Source: the human T2T-CHM13v2.0 reference genome, Homo sapiens
Assembly: GCF_009914755.1 (NCBI RefSeq)
Contig: NC_060936.1
Direction: 5' to 3' (one strand)
Length of the DNA stretch: 64,000 nt
The notes beneath the pieces were generated by a model that saw nothing but the letters and a program-made list of their open reading frames with translations, was not told the DNA's origin and made no database searches. Positions 1 through 17,349 of this stretch are shown one piece after another (within the stretch, counting starts at the first letter, position 1; each line of letters starts with the position of its first letter). The position numbers and the translations under genes are program-made.

Positions 1-333
1 CGGGGTGCCTGCTCTGGGTTCCACAGCCCTGCCCCACCCTGCCAGCTGCTAACATCTGATAGCACTAATAAGTGCTCTCTAATGGCCCTCTCTAAGGGCT
101 TTGTGAAGGCAGAGGACATGCTATTTTGTTTGAGGCCAAAGTTCCAGGGATTGGCACATAGTAGGTGTCCAATAAACATTTAATGAATGAATGAATGGTC
201 AGTCATTCATCTGAGTAGCAAATAATTGCTTGGGTTCTCATGCTGCGTGTAAAATATCCGAGACGGAGAGGTGCTTCAGACAAAAATATACCTTTCCCAT
301 GTCACAAATAATAATTATAATAATTGTTTCCTT

Positions 334-627
<294 letters not shown>

Positions 628-959
628 TTCCCTTGTCCTTGTTTTCCCATCCCAGACCTAAGCTGACCCCAACAGTGGTTCAGCATCCGGGACAATCACT
701 AGACCTAAAATGAGAAGACATGGAGATGCCTGCATCCCGGAAGAGATGGCCCAGGGCCAGGGGTAAAGGCTGTCTCTGCCCCTTGCTGTCTGGGAAGCTT
801 TGGCCAAATAAGTTCCCTTTTCTGAGTTTCAGTTTGCTCATCTGTCAAATGAGACAGGGTGGTGCATGAGTCATAGGCAGTGCCCGGGAAAGCGGTGAGG
901 GTTGCTCTCATCCCCTCTCCTCCTCCGTCTTCACCCGGAGGCTTAGGGTCTGGAGCTTT

Positions 960-1101
960 CTCTTTAACAAAGGAGGAGGGACCAAGGTTGCCGGAAGCTG
1001 CCTGAAGCTGGACAGAGCCGGTTCCTGGAAAGAGCTGGTTCCCTGGCAGGCTGGAGGGCAGGAGCTGGGGCCACGCTGGTCTGGGATAGTTGGGCAGGGA
1101 G
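960..1101 (+). other. SDSL: SDSL non-coding exon 1 (5' UTR); start approximate
   Basis: Strong donor GAG|GTAAGG at 1102; ATG-free leader; ETS-like CCGGAAG near 993; would join the acceptor at 6585/6586. Confidence 0.7.
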
Positions 1102-2087
1102 GTAAGGGGTCTGGGGCCAGCTGGGGCCCCTGGGGCTCAGTGTGTGTGTGAATGAGAGGCTGATGAGAGGCTGCAGGAGTTTGGGAGGCTTTGGGCAAAG
1201 TCCAAGCTGAGCAGGTGGGAGTGAGAGGGCCTGAGCGTGTTCTAGGCCCTCCTGGGAATGTCGATTGAATTCAGGGTGCCCTGCAGAAGAAAGTGTTGTG
1301 CTGGGGACCCTGAAGGGCGAGAGTGGGTTCTGCCTGCCAGAGGGGCAGGGTTGGGCATTCTGCCAGCCAAGGGGCCAGCCCGAGGTGTCCCAGCCCTGGC
1401 ACCAGGGATTTGGCTGTGGAGTGCCACCAAGGTGGCCTCTGGGGAAAGGCTTTGGGGACAAGTGAGGTGGACAGCACTGGTGGTCCTTACCTCAACTCAT
1501 AGATGTGACAGGTAAGGCCCAGTGACAAAAGTGACTTGGCCAAGGTTGGCATGACTGGGACCTGAGCCTGAGCCCCCTGCTTTCCCCTGGGTTATTCCAC
1601 AGCAGGGAGACCCAGGTCCCCCATTTCAGCCCTGGTGGCTGCCATACGGGACAAGAGGTGTGTGTCCCTGGGCCAAGACAGCTCAGTCCCAGACCTCAGG
1701 TGCCTGATGGGGTCTGGGGTTGATAAGGCTGTTGGCAACTTGGGGCTTTTTCATTTAACTGATGCCTGCTGTCCTCTTGTGAGTCAGTATAACCAAGAGG
1801 GCTGGGGAAGCCTGGAAACTGAGCCAGGAGCATTTGGTTCCAAAGGACAATTGGCAATAAATATTAAATGCATGCAGCTTTCATAATAGTAACGATAACA
1901 CTAGTATATTAGAGAAAGTATAGCATCGCGGTTAATAGCACAGATGCCAAAGACACTGCCTGGTGTGAATTCTGGCTATGCTGTTTCTAACTGTGTGAAC
2001 TTGGATAAGTTACTTAATCTCTCTGGACCTCAGGTTCACTGTTTATAAAATGGAGTCAATGGTGAGTTAATGACTCATCTGTTGTGA

Positions 2088-2395
2088 GCCAACAGGTGGC
2101 TCACACCTGTTATCCTAGTGTTTTGAGAGGCAGAGACAAGAGATTTACCTGAGGCCAGGAGTTCAAGACCAGCCTGGACAACTCAGCAAAACTGCATCTC
2201 TATAAAAATTAAAATATCAGCCGGATACAGTGGTGCATGTCTACAGTTCCAGCTACTCAGGAAGCTGAGGTGGGAGGATTGCTTGAGCCCGGGACTTCAA
2301 GGTTACAGTGAGCCATGATCGTGCCACTGCACTCCAGCCCAGGCAACAGAGTGAGACCTTGTCTCTAAAACAAACACCAAAAAAACAAGAAAGCG
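2088..2395 (+). mobile_element. Alu (AluJ-like)
   Basis: Diverged dimeric Alu with A-rich tail. Confidence 0.85.
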
Positions 2396-2639
2396 GAAGG
2401 ATTATGGAGTAGGGGGAGTTCATCCTGACAATCCCAGGATCCCCAGGGGAAAAATCTGGGGATTTCACCAAAAAGGAAGAGAGACCCAATTCCAAGTGGA
2501 CAGACACCCAACATGGGTGCCCTTACCATGCAGGCTCATTGAATCCTCACAATAGTCCTGCCATGTACACGCTCTTCTTGCAGTTTGTTGTGTGGTTGGT
2601 TGGTTCTCATTTTTCGGGTCTAATTTTTAATTTTTTATT

Positions 2640-3132
<493 letters not shown>

Positions 3133-3312
3133 TAATTCAGCTCCAAGGTTGATGTCTATCTTGTCCACAGTGGTATCCCCTGTTGCTAGGTCAGGGCCTG
3201 CATCTTGTAGGTGCCCTGTAAACATGCTAAAGTAAGGGTAAGCAGGTCACCATGCTCAAAGCATGACACAAGGTATCAGTGAGATAACGTCTCCAGAGGA
3301 CTCAGCTGATGA

Positions 3313-3891
<579 letters not shown>

Positions 3892-4335
3892 TGATGACCC
3901 ATGGGCTTCTTTCCCCTGATGCCCGAAGCTGAGAGGTGCCCTGGGTGGGACTGGGAAGAGGTGGCTCAGGCTGTGCCCTGCCCGAGGGGGCCCTGAGGAT
4001 TCTCAAGGCTATTCTGACAAGGGCGTGGGGTCAAACTCAGGGCCAAGAGACCCTGATCTCTCTGATCTTGGAACCCCAGCCATGACTTAAGGGTGGACAA
4101 GAAGGTTAGGTTTGTGAGTGGGCAGGGGAAGTTGCAGCGCCCCCCCTAGCGGCCAATAATGGAATGGTGGGGACCGGCCCAGTGCTTTTCTGCCTGGGAC
4201 AAGAGGAGCTGGCTGTATTTTTTCCTTTTTTTTTCTCTACTATTTTTCCTCCCTCTCATTTCCTCCATCTCTTCTTTTCGTCCTTACCCACTGGTCCATT
4301 CACACACAGCTCCTCGGCTTCAAACCTCTCAAAGG

Positions 4336-4660
<325 letters not shown>

Positions 4661-5242
4661 CAATGGCTTTCCATTGCAGGTAGAATTTGAATAACAACCA
4701 AACTCCTCTCCGTGGGCGGGAACCCCCTGCTGGCACCCTTGTCCACATCTCCGCCCTCACCCCCTACCCTCACCTCCTGCCCCAAACCCCTTCTGTCTGC
4801 ATCCGCGGCACCCCAAAGTGCATTTCTCCCTCGAGGTGGTCCTGGCTGCTGTTCTCTGTAGGAACTTTTCCTCTTGGCTCTCTTCCTGTCATCCATTTCA
4901 AAGTTCCCCTTTCAAGAACGTACAGATGGAGGCAGAGTTAAAAGACCCCTCAGCCAATCAAAATGCACGGATCTGATTTGCATCCTGATTCAAACCGTGA
5001 AAAACCCCAAACCACAACCAACCACAGAATCAGCCACTGATCATATTTAATGGGATGATTTGAAATGTGAACAATTAACAGATATTTGATGATATGAAAA
5101 AATTATATTTTTAGATGTGATCATAGTATTGTGATTACATTTTTAAAAAAATTAGCCTCAGTGAGGTATAATTTACATAAAATAAAATTAGCCCACTTTA
5201 AGTATAGAATTCAATGTGTTTGAACAAATGTATGTACAGTCA

Positions 5243-5577
<335 letters not shown>

Positions 5578-5685
5578 TTACCTCCAGAGAGACATGCTGA
5601 AATATTTACAGGTGAAATAATATAAAAGAATAATAGTAATTAAGGGGTAAATAATGACACAGGAAGGGGGAGTGGGCACCGATAG

Positions 5686-6030
<345 letters not shown>

Positions 6031-6606
6031 CTGCCAGCTGAAGGTCTTTATACAGTTCTCAATACTTTTGCTATGTTTACATTTTCCATAACAAACGTTT
6101 TTACAAAGTTTTCCTCCTGAGAGATGTCTTTCATGATTGCTTTTGCTAAAATAACACCCCATACCCTCTGCAAGTCACTCCTATTTGAAATTCTGTGACT
6201 TTTCCTAGTGGGAGGTTTTTTATGACTCGTGGGTCCCCAAACCTGGAAATGCCTGGCACATAGTAGGTGCTGAATAAGTATTTTTTGACTGAGGAATGAA
6301 TTCTCCCACTCTCTCATTCATTTCTCACCATATATTGGCCACTTTCTACATCCCCAGCACAGCCACACTTATGGAATGAAAGGACCCCAGGCCAAACTTC
6401 TTTGACCAGATGGGGAAACTGAGGCCCAGAGAGTCACAGATACTTGATGGGGGTCTCACAGCTCAGCAGCTGGATGAAGTGAAGGGCACCTAAGCCAAGG
6501 GCTTTCTCCACCTTCCCCTCCCTGTCCTGGTTAAGGGAACTCTTGATGGGGACTGCCTGGGTGGTGACTTTGTGTCCTCCTGCAGGCTGTCTACCTGGTC
6601 TCCAGA

Positions 6607-6780
6607 ATGGACGGCCCTGTGGCAGAGCATGCCAAGCAGGAGCCCTTTCACGTGGTCACACCTCTGTTGGAGAGCTGGGCGCTGTCCCAGGTGGCGGGCA
6701 TGCCTGTCTTCCTCAAGTGTGAGAATGTGCAGCCCAGCGGCTCCTTCAAGATTCGGGGCATTGGGCATTTCTGCCAGGAG
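6607..6780 (+). CDS. SDSL: Serine dehydratase-like protein, coding exon 1 (exon starts 6586; ATG 6607)
   Basis: MDGPVAEHAKQEPFHVVTPLLESWALSQVAGMPVFLKCENVQPSGSFKIRG with fold-type II PLP lysine motif SFKIRG; acceptor tgcag at 6585, donor gtgagg at 6781. Confidence 0.97.
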
Positions 6781-7043
6781 GTGAGGGTGTGTGGGAAGGA
6801 GGGGAGAAGTGAGGTTGTGCAGGAGGGAGGGAAGAGTGAGGGGTGTGGGCTGGGGACGGGTTCGGGCAGGAGGGGAAACATGAACTCGTGCAGATGGGAG
6901 GGGAAAGGTAAGGGCAGGGCTGTGGGCAGGATGAGGGGTAAAGGCGTATTGGGAGTGGGATGGGGAGACTCTAACGCCATTCCACATAGGCCTTCATGAC
7001 ACCTGCTTGGGTTAGCCGCTAACCCCATTCCTTCTCTTCCCAG

Positions 7044-7083
7044 ATGGCCAAGAAGGGATGCAGACACCTGGTGTGCTCCTCAG
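7044..7083 (+). CDS. SDSL: SDSL coding exon 2 (40 nt, MAKKGCRHLVCSS-G)
   Basis: Pyrimidine tract plus cag acceptor, gtgac donor; keeps frame into SSGGNAG. Confidence 0.95.
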
Positions 7084-7783
7084 GTGACCCCACCTTTTTT
7101 TGTTTCATGGGCAGAGGTTGGGGGAGGAGGAATAGGCTGGAGCGGCAGTACACATCCAGGGTTGGTCTCCTCTTAAAGGCCCAGCCTCATCAAGGTCATT
7201 GATGAGATGACTACTGTGTACATCCCATCCTAGCCTTCTCCCATAGTTCAGGACTCATGATGGTAGCAAGTGCCAGAAACCCAATTCATATAGGTTTAAG
7301 CTACAGGCTCTAAGAATGGAAAATTCTTGGGATAAGTGGCTTTCAGGCACAGGGGGATCCAGGAGCTCTCCTCTCTGTCTCTCCTTCTCTGGACTTTGCT
7401 TTCCTGCATATTAGCTTTATTTTTAGGTGGGCCTCATGGTAGCAAGATGGCCACCAGGAATTCCAGCCTTGCATCCTACCAGCCTCCCAACCCTAGGGAA
7501 AAGGGAGCACCCCTTCTCGATGCCTCGCCTCAATCCTGGAATTGTTTTTTTTTTTTGGCCCCGCTTGGGTGGCGTCTTCATCCTTGAACCAATCATGGGT
7601 TGGGGGATTAGGTTCTGATTGGCTCAACCTAAATTATGTGTCCCCCTCTTGAGTGGAGGAAGGAGTCAATGGGGCATATGAATGTTGGGGACGAGTGACT
7701 CTGAAGGGATATGGAGGGGGAGGGGAAGGCATATCAAAGGCCAATCAGCTCTGCCCACTGCCCCTTTCCTCCTTTCTGCACAG

Positions 7784-7923
7784 GGGGTAATGCGGGCATC
7801 GCTGCTGCCTATGCTGCTAGGAAGCTGGGCATTCCTGCCACCATCGTGCTCCCCGAGAGCACCTCCCTGCAGGTGGTGCAGAGGCTGCAGGGGGAGGGGG
7901 CCGAGGTTCAGCTGACTGGAAAG
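7784..7923 (+). CDS. SDSL: SDSL coding exon 3 (GNAGIAAAYAARKLGIPATIVLPE...VQLTGK)
   Basis: Ser/Thr dehydratase motif SSGGNAG..AYAA..LGI; cag acceptor, gtaagg donor. Confidence 0.97.
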
Positions 7924-8514
7924 GTAAGGGCTCTGGGAAGGGGAGAACCATCTGGGTGGGCTGCTCTCCTTCACCTCACCCCACCCCTAAGACATCCTGT
8001 CTCCTTTTCCTTTCGATGAGCTGTGGCTGGGACCCAGTCCTCTCTCAGGATAGCTGAGCTGAGGGGGGAATGAGGTGGGATGGGTGTTGAGGGCTGGGAT
8101 CTCCCAACTTTCCTCTGCCCACCCTGAGAAGTACCCCTCATGTGTGAACCAAGACAAATGGGAAGCTGACGATGAACAGGAGACTGTCTGTCTCCTTATA
8201 TCCTCACCAGCACCTGGTATTATCTACTTTTAACATTTTTGCTGTTAGATAAGACAAGAAGTATCAAGATGATGGCAGCATTAGTTCTCATTCTGAGACC
8301 ACCCCAATAGAAATGGTATCCACTGAGAAAGATATCACCGGTTCCCTTTGTTACCAAAGAAATAGAGACACAGATACAAAATCTGTCTTTCCTTCTGTGA
8401 AGAAGGAAAAAATCATTCAAATAATGGAAAACAGATTTTTAAACCTCTCGAAATTAAAACTAAAAGCCAAACTATGGTACGTTAAAGCTGGTCCCAAATA
8501 CTTCCTGTATATAG

Positions 8515-8782
8515 TTTCTTCCCTTTCTTCTGTCCTTCCTTCCCTCCCTCTCTTCTTCTTTCCTTCCTTCATTATTTCCCTCCTTCCCTCTTCCCTCCCT
8601 CCCTCCCTCCTTCCCTCCCTCCTTCCTTTCTTCATTCTTTCTCTCCTTCCTTCCTTCTTTTCTCCTTCCTTCCTTCCATTTATTCATCCATCTAACCATC
8701 CTTCCACACATCACCCTTTCTCTCTCCTCTCTCCCTTCTTTCCATCCATCCATCCATCCATCCACCCATCCATCCATCCATC
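8515..8782. repeat. (TTCC)n/(TCCA)n simple repeat
   Basis: Read directly. Confidence 0.9.
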
Positions 8783-10064
8783 AGATATTGATTGAGCACA
8801 TATTCAGTACCTGCTATGTTAGACATTCTAGAAACACAGAGATAGTAAGACATGGTCTTTACACTCATAAATTTGAGATTATTATGAGGAGACACACAGG
8901 TAACCAGATGATGGTAACAAAGTGTGAAAAGTGTTGCCACGGGGGAAGCACAGGGCACCAAGGAAGTCAGAGAGAAGGTGTGTTGTTTTAATCAGCTATT
9001 GTTGCTTGGTAATGCTGCATAACAAACAGCCCCCAAATAGCAGCAGCTTATAAGAAACATTTGTTTCCGATGCTTTGGGTCTGTGGGAGGGTTAGGGTGG
9101 TTCTGCTTTGGAATGTGGGGAAGGATTAAGGTCTGCAGATGTCCCCTGTGTCTTCCCCAGCCAGTGGCCACTGGGGGCACGTTCTTCTCAAGGGCAATGG
9201 CAAGAGGGGTGAGAAGAAACGCATGACGGCTCTTAAGACCTCAGCCCAGAACTGTTACACTGTCAGTTCTGCCATATGCTGTTGGCCAGAGCAAGTCACA
9301 CAGCTGAGACCAACATCAATGGGGAGGGGACATGTGCTCCACCCACTCTAGTGAGAAGAACAGCAAAGCCACATGGCAAAAATAAAATAAATAAATAAAT
9401 AGATAAAAAACCTGGGCACTGTGGTGTGCACCTGTAGTCTCAGCTACTCAGGAGGCTGAGTTGGGAGGATCACTTGAGCCCAGGAGTTTGAGGCCAGCCT
9501 GGGCAACATAGTAAGAGCATGTCTCTAAAAATAGTAACTATTAAGCCACATGGCAAGGTGTAGGTGTATGATTCTAACAGAGGGAGGCAGTGGAGAATTG
9601 GGCAGTGGTCAAACCAATGGGCTGTGCCTTAGATTTGGGGAAAGGATCCAGGACAGGCTCCCAACAAGGGTCCCCAGGGTTGGGTATTGAAGGAGAAATC
9701 TGAGTCCCCACAGTGGAGAAAAGGGAGGGAATGATCTGATTGTGAACAGAGGAAAAGCTGTGGGTGAAGGTGTGGCGTGGATGAGCACGGTGCATTCAGG
9801 CTGAGCCCAGCGTCAGGGAGGGATGGTGAAAGGTGAGGCTGAAGAGGGGCAGAGTTGCTCCATCAGGCAGGGTGGCTTGTAGGTGAAGCTAATGTGTTTC
9901 CACCTGAGAGCACTAGGGAAGCATGAAAGGAGTTTGAGCAGGGGAGGGACCTGGTTGGATTTTCACTCTGCCTGCTCTGGGGCAATGCAGGAGAGGAGCC
10001 AGAGAGGAGGCTGCTTGGGGCCCTACAGGTGAGAGATGTCAAGCACTACACGGTTTTGAATCTA

Positions 10065-11740
<1,676 letters not shown>

Positions 11741-12725
11741 TTCAGTAACTCAGGGGAATGAGACTCTTCTCTTCAGCCAGATGGGAAATTCCTTGCAGTC
11801 AGAGACCATTTCTTGGCTTCTCTCCTGCTGAAGAGTCCCCATACCTAGAACTGGGCACAGAGTGGGCACTGCAGAGTCCCTGAGGATGAGCAGGGGCTAG
11901 TTCTGCCCCCCTTGTGACCCTCCATCCCTCCCTTGGGAGAGGAGGCCATTGTCTACCATTTAGTTTCTGTATCTGGTTCCTGCTGAGATCGGCTGGCATG
12001 GGGTCCCTCTGAAATGCTGTCTTAGTTTGGATTCTCCCAAAAGCGGTCCCTGAAATGAGGACTGGGGTGCATGTGGTTTATTTGGGAGGTGATTGCAGGA
12101 AGCATTGGTAGGGAGTGTAGAAATGAGTCAGGGAAGGGAAGAAAGCCTGTCAATGGTGTGTGAATGAGCAGGGGACCTGGATCTCTGCCACAGAGGCCAA
12201 GCCAGTGAGAAGAGAAAACTCACCCCTGCTGTGGTTGCCTTGGGTCCATCATGGTCAGGGCCGGCCCTATGTGCCATCTCTCTGGCTGCTTGAACTCAAC
12301 TAGCAGGCCATCAGCTGGGCCATTGCTGGTTTCCACGGACACACTCTATGGTGACCAAGTTGCTATCTGGTGTTTGACTTTAGGGGGCTTCTCCCCTACT
12401 GGTTGGCTAGAAGTGGGCACCATGTGGCTGACCTTGGAGCTGACCCGCTCCCAGCCTCCCTGGCTGGCCTGGCCTGGTTTTCATAGTGTGGCAGTAGGAC
12501 AGGTCGCTTGGGTATTGTGGAAAGCACATGGCATCTGTTTGTCCGCCTGGAAGTGCTTGTCCAATTCTCAGGAGGCCTCTGGGCCCACACCAGGTATGGT
12601 CTCATCTGCAGGGCTGTCCCCAGACTACTAGATCCTGGGGCCACCAAGGAGATCCTGGGCCTCTGCTCCGGCCTCCATAGCAGTCCCACTCCCGGCTGTT
12701 CTGAGGGCCCTTGGTTTCTCTGTAG

Positions 12726-12814
12726 GTCTGGGACGAGGCCAATCTGAGGGCGCAAGAGTTGGCCAAGAGGGACGGCTGGGAGAATGTCCCCCCGTTTGAC
12801 CACCCCCTAATATG
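12726..12814 (+). CDS. SDSL: SDSL coding exon 4 (VWDEANLRAQELAKRDGWENVPPFDHPLIW)
   Basis: tgtag acceptor, gtaagg donor; PPFDHP motif of the dehydratase family; phases fit. Confidence 0.95.
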
Positions 12815-13424
12815 GTAAGGCTGACGCCCCTCTCCCCAGGAGTCCAGAGCTGGGAGACCTTCACTGAGTCAGGGTCCTCCCATTGGGCAGAAGGAGAAAC
12901 TGAGGCCCAGAGGGGAGAAGAGGCTTCAAAGCCAGGCAGACATGGGTTCAGATCCCACTTCTGCCCCCTTGTGAATTGTGGGACTTTGTGCAAAGCACCC
13001 CAGATCCTGTGCCTCAGTTTCTATGTGTGTAAAATGGAAGTGATAGTACCAAGTCTCCTTTACTGAATATGTGCTTTGGGACCAGGCACCAGGCTAATGG
13101 CTCCTCCTGCACTGTTCTATTTACCCTCCCCAAAGCCCTAGAGGTGGGTGCTATTATCCCCATTTCATAGGTGAGGAAACTGAGGCACATCGAGGTCAAA
13201 CAACTTGCCCCGGATCACACAGCTAAGTACATGGCAGATACAAAGGGCTGCAGTCAGGCTGGTCCCAAGTGATACACTTGTCCCCTCTTAACCACACATT
13301 GCCATTGCCTCTTTGCAAAGTTGGGGAGGGGGCTAAATTGGGATAATGTCCAAGAAAGGGCCTGGGAGGTTGATGGAGATGGGAAGGGATGAGCAAACAA
13401 ATACATAATAAAGAAAATGAATGA

Positions 13425-13772
<348 letters not shown>

Positions 13773-13920
13773 TCACCGTGGATGGGATGGGGATGGTGGG
13801 GAGGGGTTTATGTATATGAGGGGGCAGAGAACCCACCCCTGGTAAATTCCCCCACCACAGGAGCCATCTGGGCTGGGGTCCTCCCTCACTCTGCTTCTCC
13901 CTCTCACCCCCCCTCCCCAG

Positions 13921-14148
13921 GAAAGGCCACGCCAGCCTGGTGCAGGAGCTGAAAGCAGTGCTGAGGACCCCACCAGGTGCCCTGGTGCTGGCAGTTGGGG
14001 GTGGGGGTCTCCTGGCCGGGGTGGTGGCTGGCCTGCTGGAGGTGGGCTGGCAGCATGTACCCATCATTGCCATGGAGACCCATGGGGCACACTGCTTCAA
14101 TGCGGCCATCACAGCCGGCAAGCTGGTCACACTTCCAGACATCACCAG
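13921..14148 (+). CDS. SDSL: SDSL coding exon 5 ([10 protein letters not shown]...VGGGGLLAG...LPDITS)
   Basis: Glycine-rich PLP phosphate-binding loop VGGGGL; cccag acceptor; gtgggt donor gives the correct phase. Confidence 0.96.
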
Positions 14149-14427
14149 GTGGGTAAGGGCTGGGGACATTTGTAGGGGCTGGAGGGTGGGTGTGCCACTG
14201 TCCTAGGGCCTTCCAGTCCCAGCCGGTGGAGACGGGGGCACCCAAAAGGCTGTCCTTGGTCCTGGGACTCCAACCACAGTAAAGTGGACCTGAGTTAGAA
14301 GGCAGTGCTGAAAAAGGAGATGAGGAATATGATTCATGTAAACCTAATCAGTTCTTAAAACAAGCTTTCATTGACTTATCATTACAAAAGCAATCCATGT
14401 GTGTTGCAAATAAGTTTGAAAATGTAG

Positions 14428-14730
14428 GCCAGGCACCATGGCTCATGCTTGTAATCCCAGCATTTTGGGAGGCTGAAGCAGGTGGATCACTTGAGGTCAG
14501 GAGTTTGAGACCGGCCTGGCCAACATATAGTGAAACCCTGTCTCTACTAAAAAAATACAAAAATTACCTGGGCATGGTAGCGCACGCCTGTAGTCCTAGC
14601 TACTTGGGAGGCTGAAACGGAAGGTTTGCTTGAGCCCAGGAGTTTGAGGCTATTGTGTGCTATGATCGTCCCTGTGAATAGCCATCGTGCTCCAGCCTGG
14701 GAAACTTAGCAAGACCCTGTCCTCCCCCAA
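14428..14730 (+). mobile_element. Alu
   Basis: Sense Alu consensus. Confidence 0.88.
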
Positions 14731-14866
14731 ACCCCCCAAAAGCCAATAAATTTTAAAAAGAACATGATCACTGAATTTAGGACCCACCCTAATCCAGTAT
14801 GATTTCACCTTAATTTAACTAATTACATCTGCAAAGACTCTATTTCCGAGTAAGATCACATTTTGA

Positions 14867-15178
<312 letters not shown>

Positions 15179-15342
15179 CAAGGACACACTATTTTTGAGC
15201 ACCTCCTCTGTGACTTATAATGCTGAGCTCCAACCAGCCCATGGCAGGATGGGAGGGGGTGGCTGGGGCTGGGGAGAGACCTGTTTCACCAGCTCTTCCC
15301 TGAGCCCCTGGTCTCCCTGCCCCACCCTGCTCTATCCTGCAG

Positions 15343-15467
15343 TGTGGCCAAGAGCCTGGGTGCCAAGACGGTGGCCGCTCGGGCCCTGGAGTGCATGCAG
15401 GTGTGCAAGATTCACTCTGAAGTGGTGGAGGACACCGAGGCTGTGAGCGCTGTGCAGCAGCTCCTGG
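15343..15467 (+). CDS. SDSL: SDSL coding exon 6 (VAKSLGAKTVAARALECMQVCKIHSEVVEDTEAVSAVQQLL)
   Basis: tgcag acceptor, gtgagt donor, open frame with matching phases. Confidence 0.95.
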
Positions 15468-16004
15468 GTGAGTGATCCCTGTCCTCCACCTGGGCTCAGA
15501 GACCCACGAAGTCCCTGCATCCTCTAGCAAGAGTGTGTTCTGTCTTATCTGTATCCTCAGCACCAGGCACTGGCTAGGTGTGCAGTTACTGTGCACTAAG
15601 TGCACGTCGAGTAGATGGAAGGGGGTGAGGATAAAGAAGGAGTGTATCTTGCTGTCTCTAGCCCCCAGACTTTCATACATGCTGCTCCTCTCTCTGGCTG
15701 GCCCTGCTCCCTATTGGTTTGATGTGACTGAGGGCTATCAGCCATCATAGCACCTCCTTCAGGAAGCCTCCCTTGATCACTCACCCCACGCTGCCTGGGT
15801 TGTGGACCTCCAATGCACCACTCCCTGTGTTCATAACCTCCTGGTTCTTATCCCTCTACATCACTGATGTGAGCCCCATGAGGGCTGGTGTGTCTTAGTC
15901 CCTGACGTGTCCCTAGGGCCTTCCTGGCATAGGGCATGGCAGGTAGTAGGCACTCAATAGATGTTTGTTGATTGAAGGGATGAATATATGAGTGAGTGGA
16001 AAGG

Positions 16005-16320
16005 TGGGTAATGGATAGATGGACAGTGGATGGATGGACGGATGGATGGATAATGAAGTGACGGATTGATGAATGGTATAGAAATGAATGAATGGACAGA
16101 CACATTGATTAATGAACATGTTGATGGATGGACAGACAGTCAAATGATGGATAGAGGAATGGATGGATGGCTATGAATGGGTGGATGGATGGATATGTTG
16201 ATGGATGGGTACACTGATGGATGGACAGATAGATAGTCTAATGATGGATAGAGGAATGGATGGATGGATAGAGAGATAAAAGGTGGATGGTGGAAGGATA
16301 GGAGGCCAGGCTGATGGATG
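16005..16320. repeat. (GGAT)n-derived complex repeat, left arm of an inverted repeat
   Basis: Reverse complement of units in 17350-18075. Confidence 0.88.
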
Positions 16321-16477
16321 GGGAGAGCGTGAGACAAGTGATGGATTGCCAGCAGAGCAGATGAATGGCTGACTGGCTGGAGAGATGGCTGCAAGGATCT
16401 GCCGTGCCCAGGGCCTGCTGAGCACCGAGTGGTTCTTCTTCCCTTTCCTTCCTCTCTCCATCCCCCGATCCTGGCAG

Positions 16478-16671
16478 ATGATGAGCGTATGCTGGTGGAG
16501 CCTGCCTGTGGGGCAGCCTTAGCAGCCATCTACTCAGGCCTCCTGCGGAGGCTCCAGGCCGAGGGCTGCCTGCCCCCTTCCCTGACTTCAGTTGTGGTAA
16601 TCGTGTGTGGAGGCAACAACATCAACAGCCGAGAGCTGCAGGCTTTGAAAACCCACCTGGGCCAGGTCTGA
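16478..16671 (+). CDS. SDSL: SDSL last coding exon (DERMLVEPACGAALAAIY...VVIVCGGNN...LGQV*)
   Basis: VEPACGA and VVIVCGGN family motifs; TGA at 16669-16671; exons sum to 990 nt = 329 aa plus stop. Confidence 0.97.
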
Positions 16672-16847
16672 GGGGTCCCATCCTGGCCCCAAAGACCCCT
16701 GAGAGGCCCATGGACAGTCCTGTGTCTGGATGAGGAGGACTCAGTGCTGGCAGATGGCAGTGGAAGCTGCCCTGTGCAACTGTGCTGGCTGCCTCCTGAA
16801 GGAAGCCCTCCTGGACTGCTTCTTTTGGCTCTCCGACAACTCCGGCC

Positions 16848-16853
16848 AATAAA
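16848..16853 (+). terminator. SDSL: SDSL poly(A) signal AATAAA (second copy at 16949-16954)
   Basis: Canonical hexamer about 180 nt after the stop codon. Confidence 0.85.
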
Positions 16854-17349
16854 CACTTTCTGAATTGAGTTTGCGAATGCTATGGATCCTATCTTTCCAT
16901 GTCAGTGAGCTCACAGGAGACACACCACAATCCTGTTGCCACTTCTGTAATAAAGTGACTCCAAGCCCCATCTTAGGCAACAAAGCCAAGACTTGAAAAC
17001 CTCAGTCTCTAAAGGAATCCAACCATTATGAGATCTTAAATGGGCTTCCTTTACCTGGAGGACCAGCCCAGGTTGACCAGGTCAGGAAGGAGAGGGAGAT
17101 GTTCTATCACTTCTCAGGCCTAGGCAGGAGAGGAAAATAACACCAGTCTTCATGCAGTGCTTGTTATATACCAGAAACTTTGCTAAGAACTTTCTACTCA
17201 TTGTCTTCTTTAACATTCACAAAGGTACTAGGAAGTAAAAACCATTATTACCATCCCCATTTTACAGATGCAGAAACTGAGGCTCGGGAAGTTTACATAA
17301 CTTGCCCAAGACCACATAACTAGGATATGTGATCACTTGTCTCACTCTG

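Noticed and set aside
1-330. Possible part of the neighbouring SDS paralog
   Set aside because: No SDS coding exon is visible in the window
4132-4156. CTCF-like TGGCCGCTAGGGGGGGCGCTG on the - strand
   Set aside because: The G-run is two bases too long to place the conserved GGC core; too weak to call
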